From positions 64,001 to 128,000 of the forward strand of contig CAWIYV010000010.1 in NCBI GenBank assembly GCA_963840455.1: a stretch of DNA of 64,000 nucleotides. Direction: 5' to 3'. This stretch comes from Nitrospirota bacterium (GTDB lineage Bacteria > Nitrospirota > UBA9217). The notes under the pieces were generated by a model. It ran no database searches. It was not told where the DNA came from and saw only the letters and a list, made by a program, of their open reading frames with translations. This document shows, piece by piece, positions 31,971-42,243 of the stretch; within the stretch, counting starts at the first letter, position 1; each line of letters starts with the position of its first letter. The position numbers and the translations under genes are program-made.

Positions 31971-32753
31971 CTATTTCCCAGGGACCGGACAGGCCTCCCC
32001 GCCTTTGTGTAGTTGAACCAGTTCGCGAAGTCTCTCCTTCCTTGCAGGCGAAAGCCCCAGGCTGTCAAGCTCCTTGAGGAGCGCGGGAAGGGAGCCTTCG
32101 CCGCCCAAATAGCCGTTCACGCGTGCCACGGCGGTCGAGGCAACGAAGTCGGATGCCCGGGGATAGACCTTCCGGAGATCTTCCTCGAACTCGGGGAACT
32201 GCTGGAGCGAGTGTTTCTGGTGATAGTTCTCGGCGAGCGTGAAGCCGCGGTAGGGAACGATCTCGGTATATATGGTGCTCCTCCGCTCTTTTGCAAGCCG
32301 GGCCTTTGTCTCCTCAGCCAGCCTCCGCTGCTCTTCCGTGTGAAAAAAGATGATGGAGGCGTACTGGCGGTACCAGTTCCGGCGCGTGGGATCGTGGCCT
32401 GTCCAGAAGACATCGAGCAATTCACGGTAGGTGATCTTCGCCGGGTCGTAGTCGACCTGGGCCGTCTCGGTGTGGTCGCCCATGTTGCGGTAGGTAGGAT
32501 CAGGCTTCTCGCCGCCCGCGTACCCGACCCGCGTGCGCACGACTCCAGGCAGGCTCCCGAACCGGGAGTCAGGGCCCCAGAATCAGCCCAGGGCAAAGGT
32601 TGCGGTCTCCAGCACCGCCGGAATGACGCGGTCAATGGGCGGCAGCTCCGCAGCGAATATGGTGCTTTTCATGGCATGCTCACCCCTTCCGGTAATGTAC
32701 CAGCTGGCGGCCAGCGCACACAGCAGGCCGATGCAAAGGACGATGCGCTTCAC
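31971..32753 (-). CDS. msrA: peptide-methionine (S)-S-oxide reductase MsrA, probable selenoprotein with signal peptide (Sec at TGA 32583-32585)
   Basis: GTG start 4 nt after the msrB stop; ETATFALG-TGA-FWG in frame with TRVGYAGG, DHTE and AENYHQK. Confidence 0.9.
32550..32582 (-). promoter_or_regulatory. putative bacterial SECIS element
   Basis: minus strand CTCCC-GGTTC-GGGAG stem-loop; loop begins 20 nt after UGA. Confidence 0.65.
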
Positions 32754-32757
32754 GTCT

Positions 32758-33300
32758 TCACTTCCCTGCAGGCACGAACTTCAGGGCGGCTGAGTTCATG
32801 CAGTACCGCTTGCCCGTGGGCGGCGGCCCGTCCTTGAACACGTGGCCAAGGTGGGCGTCGCACCGTGCACACAGCACCTCGACACGCTCCATGAACCACG
32901 ACCTGTCCGTCTCGAGCCGCACGTTGTGCTCCGAGATGGGCTGCCAGAAGCTGGGCCAGCCCGTCCCGGACTCGAACTTCGCATCCGACCGGAACAGGTC
33001 CGTGCCGCAGCAGACGCACTGATAAATGCCTTTGTCCTTGGTCGAGGCATACCTGCCGGAGAAGGCCGGCTCGGTGCCTTTCTTCCGGGTGATCTTGAAC
33101 TCCTCCGGCAAGAGCAGTTTCCGCCATTCGTCGTCGGTCTTTACGACGCGGTCGACTTCCTCAACCTTGTCCGTCCGGTGGTCATAGATCAGGACCTTTC
33201 CCGTTGTGCTCATATTCTTCTCCCCCGCAATACCCGGACGCCAGGGCAGGACCAGCATGCCCAGGAGCCCTACGATGAACTGATTTCGTGTCATGGCCAT
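32758..33300 (-). CDS. msrB: peptide-methionine (R)-S-oxide reductase MsrB, exported
   Basis: GTEPAF, GTGWPSF, two CxxC, HLGHVF, RYCMNS; Tat-like leader TRNQF. Confidence 0.95.
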   Translation of the reverse strand: MAMTRNQFIVGLLGMLVLPWRPGIAGEKNMSTTGKVLIYDHRTDKVEEVDRVVKTDDEWRKLLLPEEFKITRKKGTEPAFSGRYASTKDKGIYQCVCCGTDLFRSDAKFESGTGWPSFWQPISEHNVRLETDRSWFMERVEVLCARCDAHLGHVFKDGPPPTGKRYCMNSAALKFVPAGK

Positions 33301-33489
33301 ATCCCCTTCTCCGGGCCGCTTGCCGCCCGGTATATCATCTTTTTATAATATCTCTCTTCCCGCCCGCAAAGGCAAGAAAAACAGAGGACTTTGTCCATCC
33401 CGTATAGACAGCCCCAGGGGATGCAGTAAGGCCCGGGAAGGAGCTCTCCCCGGGCCGGATGCGGTCCGTGCTATGGGTCCTGCCGCGTA

Positions 33490-34119
33490 TCAGCGGCGGC
33501 AGGACACGATCGCGCACAGGGCCCCGCTTGCGGCTTCCTGTTCCAGCAGGCCCTCTATGCCCTTGCCGTATACGGCGTCTACGGCTTTCACTAATGCCGG
33601 GGAGAGGTGTCGCGAAGGGCCCCGCCGCAAGGTATTGCACCGGAAGGCTAGCGCATCGTCGACAAGCGACAGCACTTCCTTTCCCTCGGAGAAGTTCATC
33701 GGCCAGAGCAGGCACGCCTTCGGTTTCACCTGCTCCGGCGAAAGCCCGAGCGCCTCTGCGGCTGCGTGCAGGGAACACCGGACCTTCCCGCCCGACCGGA
33801 ACGCGAGCAGGCAAAGGCCTTCGTCGTCCGTGTCGATGGCGAACAGGCCTGACTCAACCTTATCGAAGATGTTATCGTATCCGCCGCCGGTTTTGAGATG
33901 GGGACAGAACCCGGCTGCCTCGGGCAGGACCCGGATGATCCGTTCGAGCTCCGTCACGGTCACGCAGACCTCGTAGGCCGAGCAGCAGCAGAGCTCGCCG
34001 CGTAGGCATCCATCACAGGCATGATCGATGGACAGGATCGATGAGAGGTCGACGTGCAGGACGTGCGGTCGCATGCGCTTTGCTTGGGGGAGCTTCTTTG
34101 ATCTTTTCTTTGCGGCCAT
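33490..34119 (-). CDS. Cys-rich hypothetical protein (DUF3109/YkgJ-like)
   Basis: CDGC...CC, RCSLH, KPKACLLWP. Confidence 0.65.
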   Translation of the reverse strand: MAAKKRSKKLPQAKRMRPHVLHVDLSSILSIDHACDGCLRGELCCCSAYEVCVTVTELERIIRVLPEAAGFCPHLKTGGGYDNIFDKVESGLFAIDTDDEGLCLLAFRSGGKVRCSLHAAAEALGLSPEQVKPKACLLWPMNFSEGKEVLSLVDDALAFRCNTLRRGPSRHLSPALVKAVDAVYGKGIEGLLEQEAASGALCAIVSCRR

Positions 34120-34235
34120 TGTCTGAGAGGCCTGCCTTCTCGGTTACGTAGTCGCACCGTTCGGCCGAGATACTTCGCTGCTCTAGGACGTTTTTAACAG
34201 CCCGTTAACCATCTTCTCGATTTTCCAGCATTCCG

Positions 34236-34514
34236 CTAGAGCGTCATCAACACCAGTTCGTGGTCGTTCAACTCCTGGTAGATCGCATTCAGCTGGTCCC
34301 TGCTTTGGGCGGTGAAGGTGGCCGTGATAGACAGGTATTTACCGCCGCTGCTCCTCCGGCTGGTGAATGTTGCACTGTCGAGATCAGGCACATGCTTTTT
34401 GAGGATGGCGTGAACTGCCGGATATAATCCGTCGGTGTTTGCCCCCATGACCTTGAGCGGAAAGAGGCAGGGAAACTTCAGTCCACCGGCATGGGCATCA
34501 ATGGTGTCGTTCAT
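34236..34514 (-). CDS. DUF493/YbeD family protein
   Basis: FPC.FPLKVMG...SSGGKYLSIT...IYQEL...V.MTL. Confidence 0.88.
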   Translation of the reverse strand: MNDTIDAHAGGLKFPCLFPLKVMGANTDGLYPAVHAILKKHVPDLDSATFTSRRSSGGKYLSITATFTAQSRDQLNAIYQELNDHELVLMTL

Positions 34515-34545
34515 GTTACCTCGGCGCTCTCTTTTTCCGGTTACG

Positions 34546-34785
34546 TTACTTCGCTGTGTCTGTGGACTCCCGTGCGCATTGGAGATAGAGCTCTTCGACC
34601 TTTTTTCTCGCCCAGGGGGTCTTTCTCAGGAACTGCAGGCTCGACCTGATGCTCGGTTCGCTCGTGAAGCACCGGATATTCACGGACCTTCCCATCCGTT
34701 CCCAGCCGTACTGCTCCACCAGCCGGGTCAGGATCATTTCCAGGGTCATACCGTGCAGGGGGTCGTTGTTCGATGGTCCAATCAT
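34546..34785 (-). CDS. VF530/DUF2132 family protein
   Basis: DPLHGMTLE...YGW...[22 protein letters not shown]. Confidence 0.88.
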   Translation of the reverse strand: MIGPSNNDPLHGMTLEMILTRLVEQYGWERMGRSVNIRCFTSEPSIRSSLQFLRKTPWARKKVEELYLQCARESTDTAK

Positions 34786-34896
34786 ATCGCTGGTCAAGCC
34801 ATCTGGTGGACGGTGATGTCCTTGGTCATAGCCTGGCCTCATTGTGTAAGGATCTCTTTCAACCTGTTGAAAAAAACTTGTATGACGTCCTAATCC

Positions 34897-34995
34897 GTCG
34901 TCCCCGTGAAACTTATCCTCGAATGCTTTTATCGAGGAACGAGGATCCGGAAACTGTTTGAAAACCCTGGATTCCCGCCTACGCGGGAATGACGG
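34897..34995. repeat. REP-like palindromic doublet
   Basis: ends ctggattcccgcctacgcgggaatgac (ATTCCC-N8-GGGAAT type). Confidence 0.7.
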
Positions 34996-35022
34996 AAAGG
35001 GGAATGGTCATTCAAGAGTCTG

Positions 35023-35931
35023 CTATTCCTTGCCGGCGCGTACCAGCACGTTCTCGATGAGCTGCTTGGCCGCGCCACGATCCTTGACCCGCACAGCGCC
35101 GGCGAGAAATCTGCCTGTTTGCTGGACGACCACTGCACCATACAGCGGGTCAACTGCCTCCAGGGACATCCGGCCCGAAGACTCGGTCACGCGAACGTTG
35201 CTGCCCCCGGTCTTGAGATAGGCCTGGTATTGATCGAAGGCCGCGCGTGCGGCATCGGTTGACTTCTCCAGCAGGAGAAAGACCTGCGCCTCGTCGCTAC
35301 CCAAGACCGCGTCCGCGATGAGGCCGCGTCGGAAGAAATCATACCCGAGCAGACTCGAAGCGATATATCGCTCGCTCTTTTTTACTACCGCAGGGACGAG
35401 GAACGCGTCGAGCTCCTTGGGACGTGCCGTGCTCTGCGGGAGCTTCTGCGCTATGGCCTTGCCGCAGGCGAGCAGCACATCCTGGCTTATGGTCGTTGCG
35501 CCCGTGACCTGGAGCCGCACGAGATACCGGTCCTGATAGAAGAGCATTTGGGACGAGGAAATCGTACCATCGGCGCCAATCGCGGCACCGGTGGAGTTCT
35601 TCCTGCGGTAGTTGGCGAATATGCCGAAGGCGTCGAGCAGGGAGCCCATGGCATAGACATCGGCATCGAGCGCGATCTTCGGGTCCTTCCTGCTCTCGTA
35701 CCGCGCGTAGGCAAGCTTTTCGAACCCGTAAGGGAAATAGAGCTCTGATTCGCCGTTGATGCGGTCGAAGAGGCTGTCTTTGTCGTACAGCGTCACCTTG
35801 CCGTCCATGACCCAGCCATCGGCGCACGCGGGTGCGGGCAGGAGCTTGTCCATGGCCTGTTCAGCGCTCTGGACCGGAAACGAGGTGCAGAGCAGGCATA
35901 TAATTATAAGGATGATGTGGGAGATGCGCAT
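35023..35931 (-). CDS. exported DUF6599-like protein
   Basis: signal peptide; Y..DSLFDRING.SELY..YGF...DAFGIF. Confidence 0.75.
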   Translation of the reverse strand: MRISHIILIIICLLCTSFPVQSAEQAMDKLLPAPACADGWVMDGKVTLYDKDSLFDRINGESELYFPYGFEKLAYARYESRKDPKIALDADVYAMGSLLDAFGIFANYRRKNSTGAAIGADGTISSSQMLFYQDRYLVRLQVTGATTISQDVLLACGKAIAQKLPQSTARPKELDAFLVPAVVKKSERYIASSLLGYDFFRRGLIADAVLGSDEAQVFLLLEKSTDAARAAFDQYQAYLKTGGSNVRVTESSGRMSLEAVDPLYGAVVVQQTGRFLAGAVRVKDRGAAKQLIENVLVRAGKE

Positions 35932-36419
35932 TGGTTCTGCTCACTGTGGACAAGTTCGCACGCAAAGTAACGCACACCCTCTAAAGGATTTGGATAGTAG
36001 CCCTCGATCTCCCGGAAGCAGAGAGATTCATAAAGAGCTTGCGCCTCAGCCATGCTTGGCAATGTATCCAATACCATTCTCGAATAACCTAGTTTCTGTG
36101 CGGAACGAATCCCCGATTCGGCCAGGCGCCTTCCGAGACCTACCCCACGATATTGCGGCTTGACATAGAGCCGCTTCATTTCGCAAATAACGGTGTCTCG
36201 GCTTCGGACTGCGACACAACCAACTGATTCCCTGTTTGTCCGGGCGAGCAGCAAAAATCCTAGAGGAGGGCCATAGATCATAGGCAGGCTAGCGATTTCC
36301 GCCGAGAAGTTCTGAAAGCAGAGATCAACGCCCAAGGCCATGGCGTATTCTTCGATCAGGGTTTTTCCCGCCGCATAGTCCTCAGGGCTCGTTGCTTCCT
36401 TTATTTCAGCCTGACCCAT
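35904..36419 (-). CDS. GNAT acetyltransferase
   Basis: LCFQNF..E...LP..Y, CEMKRLYV...RG.GLG, LDTL..M..A..LY. Confidence 0.9.
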   Translation of the reverse strand: MGQAEIKEATSPEDYAAGKTLIEEYAMALGVDLCFQNFSAEIASLPMIYGPPLGFLLLARTNRESVGCVAVRSRDTVICEMKRLYVKPQYRGVGLGRRLAESGIRSAQKLGYSRMVLDTLPSMAEAQALYESLCFREIEGYYPNPLEGVRYFACELVHSEQNQCASPTSSL

Positions 36420-36540
36420 TGTCGTTTTACCGTATCAGTGGTTGTATTGTTTCAGCCTTGATTTAAGAACCTTGGAATAGCCAAACGATCTGACAGGATG
36501 CCATGAAAGCGCTCCTCTGCCTGATCGTATCCTGCCTTCT

Positions 36541-37722
36541 CTACGCAAGCATCATCCGCGCCCGCTCCATCTTCGCCGCGATGTTCAGCCCCTTGGCGCA
36601 CTGCGCCGTGCAGACAGGACATTCCAGGCATGCGTCGGCGGACGCGTGTGCCGGAAGCTCGCGGTACGTGGACAGGGCGAGCCCGCGGTCCTGATATCCC
36701 CCTTCCGCGTACATGAGGGAACGGTTTATGGTGCTGATCTCCACGCCTTTGGGGCAGGTCCCTTCGCAGGTTCCGCAGAGGTCGCAATAGAAGCCCGCAA
36801 TAGCGGCATGGTATTTCCGCAGGATGCGCTCGTCCGCATACTGGAACGTCATGCCCATGACCGCGATGTTCTCCCTGAACTGGGCCATGTCCTTCATGCC
36901 CGGGATGGCCATAGTGACGTTCGGGTTCTGGAGCGCCCACTTGAGCGCTGCCTGGTGGGGGCTGATCTTGCCGAGCGCCTCGGTCTTGTACCCGCCCGCC
37001 TGCGTCTTCATGGCGATGATCCCGACACCTGCCTTGGCGGCGCGTGCGATCGCCTCGCCGACCTCTTTGGGGCTTTCGAAGTTGTATTTCACCAGGCAAG
37101 TGTCGAAGAACCGGTCCTTGTCGTCCACCAGCGCGTTCAGCACCTCGGTCTCGTTCTTGTGCGTTGTCACGCCGCAGAACCGCACCTTGCCCTGCTTCTT
37201 CAGGGCCGCCAGCGCCTCGCGCGTCTCGGGAACGAATATCCGTTCCTTGCCCTCGAGATTGTGGAGCTGGATCACGTCGATATGGTCGGTCTCGAGCGTC
37301 TTGAGGCTCGTCTCGACGTCGCGGATAATGTCTTCCTTCGACCGCGAGCCAGGCAGGGTTTTGGTCGCCACGTACACCTTGTCGCGCCTGCCCTTCAGGG
37401 CCTTTGCCACGATCTCCTCGTTCCTGCCATCCATGTACTTGCGTGCTGTGTCAATGTAGTTCACGCCGTTGTCAAAGGCGATCTTGAGCACCTCGGGCTC
37501 CGGCGTCAGCATGGCGCCGAAGCTCACGACCGAGATCTTGAGGCCTGTCCGTCCCAGGGTGCGGTAGAACGGCTGGGGGAAGACAAAAGGCGCGTTCTCG
37601 GCGTAGTGCACCGCTGCCTCGGCAAGGACATCACCCCCGAGGATCGCCGAGGTCGTCCCGACCAGGCCGACCTTCAGGAACTCCCTGCGGTGCATTCCTG
37701 TATTCTGCTTTCCTTTGCTCAT
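36541..37722 (-). CDS. Tat-exported aldo/keto reductase with 4Fe-4S C-terminal domain
   Basis: RREFLK leader; RTLGRTG, IDTA..Y, IIAMK; CDLCGTCEGTCP and CLECPVC...C. Confidence 0.92.
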   Translation of the reverse strand: MSKGKQNTGMHRREFLKVGLVGTTSAILGGDVLAEAAVHYAENAPFVFPQPFYRTLGRTGLKISVVSFGAMLTPEPEVLKIAFDNGVNYIDTARKYMDGRNEEIVAKALKGRRDKVYVATKTLPGSRSKEDIIRDVETSLKTLETDHIDVIQLHNLEGKERIFVPETREALAALKKQGKVRFCGVTTHKNETEVLNALVDDKDRFFDTCLVKYNFESPKEVGEAIARAAKAGVGIIAMKTQAGGYKTEALGKISPHQAALKWALQNPNVTMAIPGMKDMAQFRENIAVMGMTFQYADERILRKYHAAIAGFYCDLCGTCEGTCPKGVEISTINRSLMYAEGGYQDRGLALSTYRELPAHASADACLECPVCTAQCAKGLNIAAKMERARMMLA

Positions 37723-37779
37723 AAGGACCTCCTTAATTATCAATGGTCTTATTATTATAATCTGTACATCCCACCGACC

Positions 37780-37903
37780 GTCATCCCCTGCTGGATTCGC
37801 GCGAGGGCGGGACCCGAGTCTCGCCCTCGAATGCTTATATCGAGGATCCTGTATTTTACAAGCTGAACCTGGACTCTCGCTCTGAACCACTGCGGGAATG
37901 ACG
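37780..37903. repeat. REP-like palindromic doublet
   Basis: gtcatcccc...ctcgaatgcttatatcgaggatcc...ctggac...gcgggaatgac. Confidence 0.6.
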
Positions 37904-38327
37904 ATAGTGAAGCCACGAATATATCTATTTTTTATAACACCATCACTAATTATTGGAAAGGAAGACCTCGCTGAAGCTTGCGGAAGTTCTGTTCCCGCCT
38001 GGGAAAAGAGTACTCTACTTTGCGGCAGGGGTCAAGTGATCGACCGCGTTGATCCCTCTTGAATCCATGAGCGAGAGCAGCATTGTTCACGATACCGTGG
38101 GCGTCCAGGAAGGTGAAGATCTTTGACACGGAAGTGGCGCATTTGTAGTACGATAACGGCGGATAAGGAAGAACACTTCGACACCCCGGAACGCAAGAAT
38201 AAGGACCTCGGGCAAGGATCATTCCCTGGGAACCACTAGGGAAAATAACAACGGCCGGAAGGATGTGCCCTCCGGCCGTTCTGTATCGTTCCGTCGCGGA
38301 CAGACCGCCCTGCTCAGTGGATCGCGG

Positions 38328-38585
38328 TCATTTCTTCGCAACGGACTCCCGCATCACGATCGGCGCGCACCGGTTGCCGATCTCCTTTGCCAGATCTTCC
38401 CCGAGAAAGAGGACCACGGCCTTCCTGACCTTGTCGCACGCCTGGGCCGCGGTAAGCTTATCGGCCGACCACTCCTCGAGAATGCCGTCGATACGTCCCA
38501 TGAAGATGTTGCTCGCCCGTCCGGCCAGGACCTCGTGGATCACCTTGCGGACCTGATCCACGCTTTCCTTTGCTGCAGGGCTCAT
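38328..38585 (-). CDS. small hypothetical protein
   Basis: start overlaps the upstream stop; terminator-like hairpin at 38250-38280. Confidence 0.65.
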   Translation of the reverse strand: MSPAAKESVDQVRKVIHEVLAGRASNIFMGRIDGILEEWSADKLTAAQACDKVRKAVVLFLGEDLAKEIGNRCAPIVMRESVAKK

Positions 38586-38878
38586 AGACCGAGGTCCTCG
38601 ACGATCTTGAAGAAGAGCTTGGTGACGATGACGACGAAGATCGCGCCGGCCAGGAAGATCACGCCGACCAGGATGTCCTTGATGTCCTGCGGCAGCAACC
38701 GGAAGAACGGCGTCGACAGGTAGCCGACCGTGAACATTACGATGAGCCCGGACAGGATGTTCCACGTCTCCTTGACCTTTCCGCCCGGGATCTTGCTCTT
38801 CAAGGCAAAGGAGCTGTACAGCGCGTACAGCATGACCAGGATCGCGGCCACGCTCAGGACCAAAAACAGTGATTCCAT
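38582..38878 (-). CDS. three-TM hypothetical membrane protein
   Basis: GGAGG RBS; three hydrophobic helices. Confidence 0.75.
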   Translation of the reverse strand: MESLFLVLSVAAILVMLYALYSSFALKSKIPGGKVKETWNILSGLIVMFTVGYLSTPFFRLLPQDIKDILVGVIFLAGAIFVVIVTKLFFKIVEDLGL

Positions 38879-39072
38879 GGGTGCAACCTCCTCTAGATTG
38901 ACTTCATTACGATCATTGCAGTTCAGCTATCATACAACATTTTTTCAGAACGGGTCAACTTGTATCTGCCTCATCGGGAGATGTTGTCCCTTTCCGCCGC
39001 CTGATCATCTCCCTAGGTTGTGATATACTTGAGTAAGCGATCCGGCCAGTCCTCGTAGAGGAGGTCCTCCCA

Positions 39073-39492
39073 ATGAAAAGCATGCTCGCCGCGTTATACG
39101 CGAAACCCCTTGCCAGCTACCTCATCGCCGCGCTGATCGCGGTCTCCGCCTTCGCAACCCCCGCCGAGGCGATGCTCCTGCCCACGGGAACTCCTGCTTC
39201 TGCGCCCATCGACCGGGCGGCTGATCTCGCTCTGATCCAGAGGACGCTGGAGGCCCAGGTGCTGCAGCAGCGTTTGACGGAATACGGGCTGACGCAGGAG
39301 CAGACCCTCGCGCGGCTGAACGCCCTCTCGGACGCACAGGTCCACCAGTTCGCCTCGCGCATCGAGATGCTGCAGGCCGGAGGCAGGCACGGCACCGTCG
39401 ATGTCGAGGTGGTTCTCATCATCCTGCTCCTCGTGCTGCTCATCCTGATCATCGTCGAGAACGCCCCCGCTGACCAGGGCTACGCTGTCTGA
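39073..39492 (+). CDS. PA2779-family protein
   Basis: signal peptide; L..YGL......RL.ALSD.Q...A.....AGG plus hydrophobic tail. Confidence 0.8.
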   Translation: MKSMLAALYAKPLASYLIAALIAVSAFATPAEAMLLPTGTPASAPIDRAADLALIQRTLEAQVLQQRLTEYGLTQEQTLARLNALSDAQVHQFASRIEMLQAGGRHGTVDVEVVLIILLLVLLILIIVENAPADQGYAV

Positions 39493-39648
39493 TCTTCTCT
39501 CCAGATGATCGAGGCCGTGAGCAGGTTGATCCCGTTCACGGCCTTCTTATGGTCAGCCTCGCCTCCCCTCTGCAACTCTCACCATTTATGTTGCCGGATG
39601 AAAGAAAAGCCCCTTCGATCAACCGTCGCGAAAATCTAAAGGCAGAGG

Positions 39649-40194
39649 TCAGGAGGGGCCCATGAACGGTTGCAGGTCCACGTGCACGGTCTCATTGCCG
39701 TCGGATACCCAGACCTGACCGTCCTGGATAGTGTATTGCAGTTTCATCGTGCGCTGCGACATTTTTGCCAGGGCCGGGGACACGGCTGCCGGTAGATTGA
39801 TCACCGTAAGGTTCCTGGTCCGCTCAAAGCCTTTACCGACCTGGCCCCACCACACAGTGGCGCTATGACCGCTGTAGCTGTAAATGAACACCTGCCGGGC
39901 GCGGCCGCAGGCCCTGCGGACCAGTTTTTCATCGGGCTGGCCCACGTCGATCCAGAGTTCGATAGCGCCGGTGAGGTCCTTCAGCCACAAGTCTGGCTCG
40001 TCATCGTTGCCGATCTTATTGCCAAAGGCGAGGGCCTCATGGGCGTGCAGGGCGAACGCAAGGAGGCGCACCATCATGCGCTCGTCCGTCTCCGATGGAT
40101 GGCGGGCGATAGTGACGGTGTGGTCATGGTAGTAGCCGCGGTCCATGTCCGAGATCTGCAACTCAGCTTTGAAGATGGTCGATTTCAGCGCCAT
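39649..40194 (-). CDS. yaeQ: YaeQ family protein
   Basis: MALKSTIFKA, ARHPSET.ERMMVRLLA, DEPDLW, WIDVGQPD. Confidence 0.93.
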   Translation of the reverse strand: MALKSTIFKAELQISDMDRGYYHDHTVTIARHPSETDERMMVRLLAFALHAHEALAFGNKIGNDDEPDLWLKDLTGAIELWIDVGQPDEKLVRRACGRARQVFIYSYSGHSATVWWGQVGKGFERTRNLTVINLPAAVSPALAKMSQRTMKLQYTIQDGQVWVSDGNETVHVDLQPFMGPS

Positions 40195-40440
40195 AGTGAT
40201 GGCAGACTACCTGAAGAGCAGGTGAATTGCAAGATAGCAGAATTGATCGAACGTCTTCGCGGACCGCAACCGGAAACCTTGTCGTAGCGAGCGGCCGCAT
40301 TAAGCCCGAGGAATCATTTCGCATACCGCGTTTTTTTGCGGAAAGATAAGCTGTGCACTAAATTTAGCAGAGGATTATGATATGTTAAAGTAAAGAATAA
40401 GGATATTTACGAGTCCCCATGACAACGAAAGGGAACGACC

Positions 40441-40932
40441 ATGAAGATCGAGTTCTCCACCCAGGAATACCGCGATCTGCTTGACATCCTGCACGTAGCC
40501 GACGTCGTCATGTCCGGACATCGGCGTGACGAGGACGCACGCACCGAGCGTCACCGCGCGCTCATCCAGAAGTTTTATGCCCTCGCACAGGGCGAAGGTC
40601 TCGACCGGCTGTTCACCCGCATCGAAGGCACGCAGGAATATGCCCCAGCCGCGGAGTTCGAGGAAAACACGTTGTCCCATCCGTTGATCGATGAGTTCGG
40701 CGATCATCTCTTCTGGGACGAGTTGATCTCACGGCTCTCTATTAGGGACGCGGCGCTGATAACGGGCGGGATCGAGCGACTCAACACATTGGGCGACAGC
40801 GATCGCCAGCATCTGGAAGGACCCATCCGGCAGCGATATATTGAAGAATTCTCGGCGAATGGCATTGCAAACTTGGAGGTCGTAGAACGTCCCGGTACCG
40901 GCTGGGAAATGCCGGCAAAGACGTCTGACTGA
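40441..40932 (+). CDS. acidic hypothetical protein
   Basis: 163 aa ORF with plausible RBS; FWDELI.RL..RD motif. Confidence 0.7.
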   Translation: MKIEFSTQEYRDLLDILHVADVVMSGHRRDEDARTERHRALIQKFYALAQGEGLDRLFTRIEGTQEYAPAAEFEENTLSHPLIDEFGDHLFWDELISRLSIRDAALITGGIERLNTLGDSDRQHLEGPIRQRYIEEFSANGIANLEVVERPGTGWEMPAKTSD

Positions 40933-41069
40933 TCGTGCTGTTCCTGCGGGAAAGACGGCAGCCGCAGCGCTGAGATCATATGGATCGAGGCAAACCGCAA
41001 CGACCGAAGCGTACTCTGTCTACGGCACGACGTAGCGAACCACCTATATAGGTATTCAACAGCCCCGGC

Positions 41070-41513
41070 TCAAAGGAACTGCTCCACCCACCGGACCATG
41101 TCGATCTTTTCCTTTGGTGCGCCGTCGATCCGGGCAAGCTGCCGACCGTTCCGGAACAGGATGAAGGTGGGCGTGGCCATGGCTTCAAACCGCTGAGCAA
41201 GGGGAAGCTCTTGCTGGATGTTCACCATGAGGACCTTGAGCCTGCCCGCCTTCCACCGGGCAAGGTCGCGCACCACGGGGTCCACCATCTGGCAGTAGCC
41301 GCACGTCGGGCTCCAGAATTCCACGAGCAGGAGTTCCCGCCAGTCATTCATTTCCAAGTCAAAGGTGGCTGCTGTGACGTTTACCGGCGCAGCAGGGTAG
41401 TTCAGGGCGGTCTTGCATTTGCCGCAGATCGGACGACTCGCGAGCTTTTCCCCAGGGACGCGATTCAGCGTGCCGCAGGATGAGCACCGAAGGATAACGG
41501 TAGTGGACGGCAT
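41070..41513 (-). CDS. thioredoxin 2-like protein (N-terminal Zn-binding CxxC pair)
   Basis: CSSC..NR...CGKC plus FWSPTCGYC and TPT. Confidence 0.9.
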   Translation of the reverse strand: MPSTTVILRCSSCGTLNRVPGEKLASRPICGKCKTALNYPAAPVNVTAATFDLEMNDWRELLLVEFWSPTCGYCQMVDPVVRDLARWKAGRLKVLMVNIQQELPLAQRFEAMATPTFILFRNGRQLARIDGAPKEKIDMVRWVEQFL

Positions 41514-41631
41514 GCAAAAGGTCTCCTCCAATTGAATTCAGGTCAACAAACCCGATCTCCCCCGCATGCACCCTGCCGTTCCAGCGTGACAGCCTTCTTC
41601 CCCGGCGATCCGTGTGCTCCTTGAGGGCGGG

Positions 41632-41979
41632 TCAATATCCTAGTGGATCCCAGGTCCGGAAACCATTCACTTCTTCACCGGGGTTCGGTAGACCTGCGAT
41701 CTTCCATGCCCTGACCGGATCATTGAACTGATCAGCAACGCAAGACCGCGACTGGTGTACGTTCTTGCATATAGAGCGAATGATGGGGAAAAAATGGTGC
41801 TTCCCATAATAGGTTCGCAGGTACTTCAGGATATCGAGCTGCTCTTTTGTTAATACTTCGATGCCCTCACGTGCGGCAAGGGCAGTCGCCACCTCTTCCG
41901 TCCAATCCCCAGGCTCCTCAAGAAACCCATCGGCATCAACGGAAATCCATGCACCCTTCTGCGCGATCATGGCATGCAT
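41632..41979 (-). CDS. TusE/DsrC-like protein lacking the C-terminal Cys
   Basis: DADGFL...WTEEVA..LA..EGI, AWKIAGLP.P. Confidence 0.85.
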   Translation of the reverse strand: MHAMIAQKGAWISVDADGFLEEPGDWTEEVATALAAREGIEVLTKEQLDILKYLRTYYGKHHFFPIIRSICKNVHQSRSCVADQFNDPVRAWKIAGLPNPGEEVNGFRTWDPLGY

Positions 41980-42243
41980 ACCTCACTGGCTCGCAACAAC
42001 TCCCGCTCTGGGATGTCCGCGATATTGCTGAGTCGATGCCGCTCACCGTTGGCCGCAGGTTCGCTCAACTCCCTCCGGACCCCGCGCTCTATGCCGTATA
42101 TTATACCATATTCATCCGATATAAACAGCGTGCGCCTGGGCATCCGGTTCCTTACGATGCCCGGGCGCGAAATGCAGGGCAACAGGGGCCACGTAGTGTG
42201 TTGCCGCCGTTGTCACGGGGAACGACGCGCTTCTGGCACGGCG

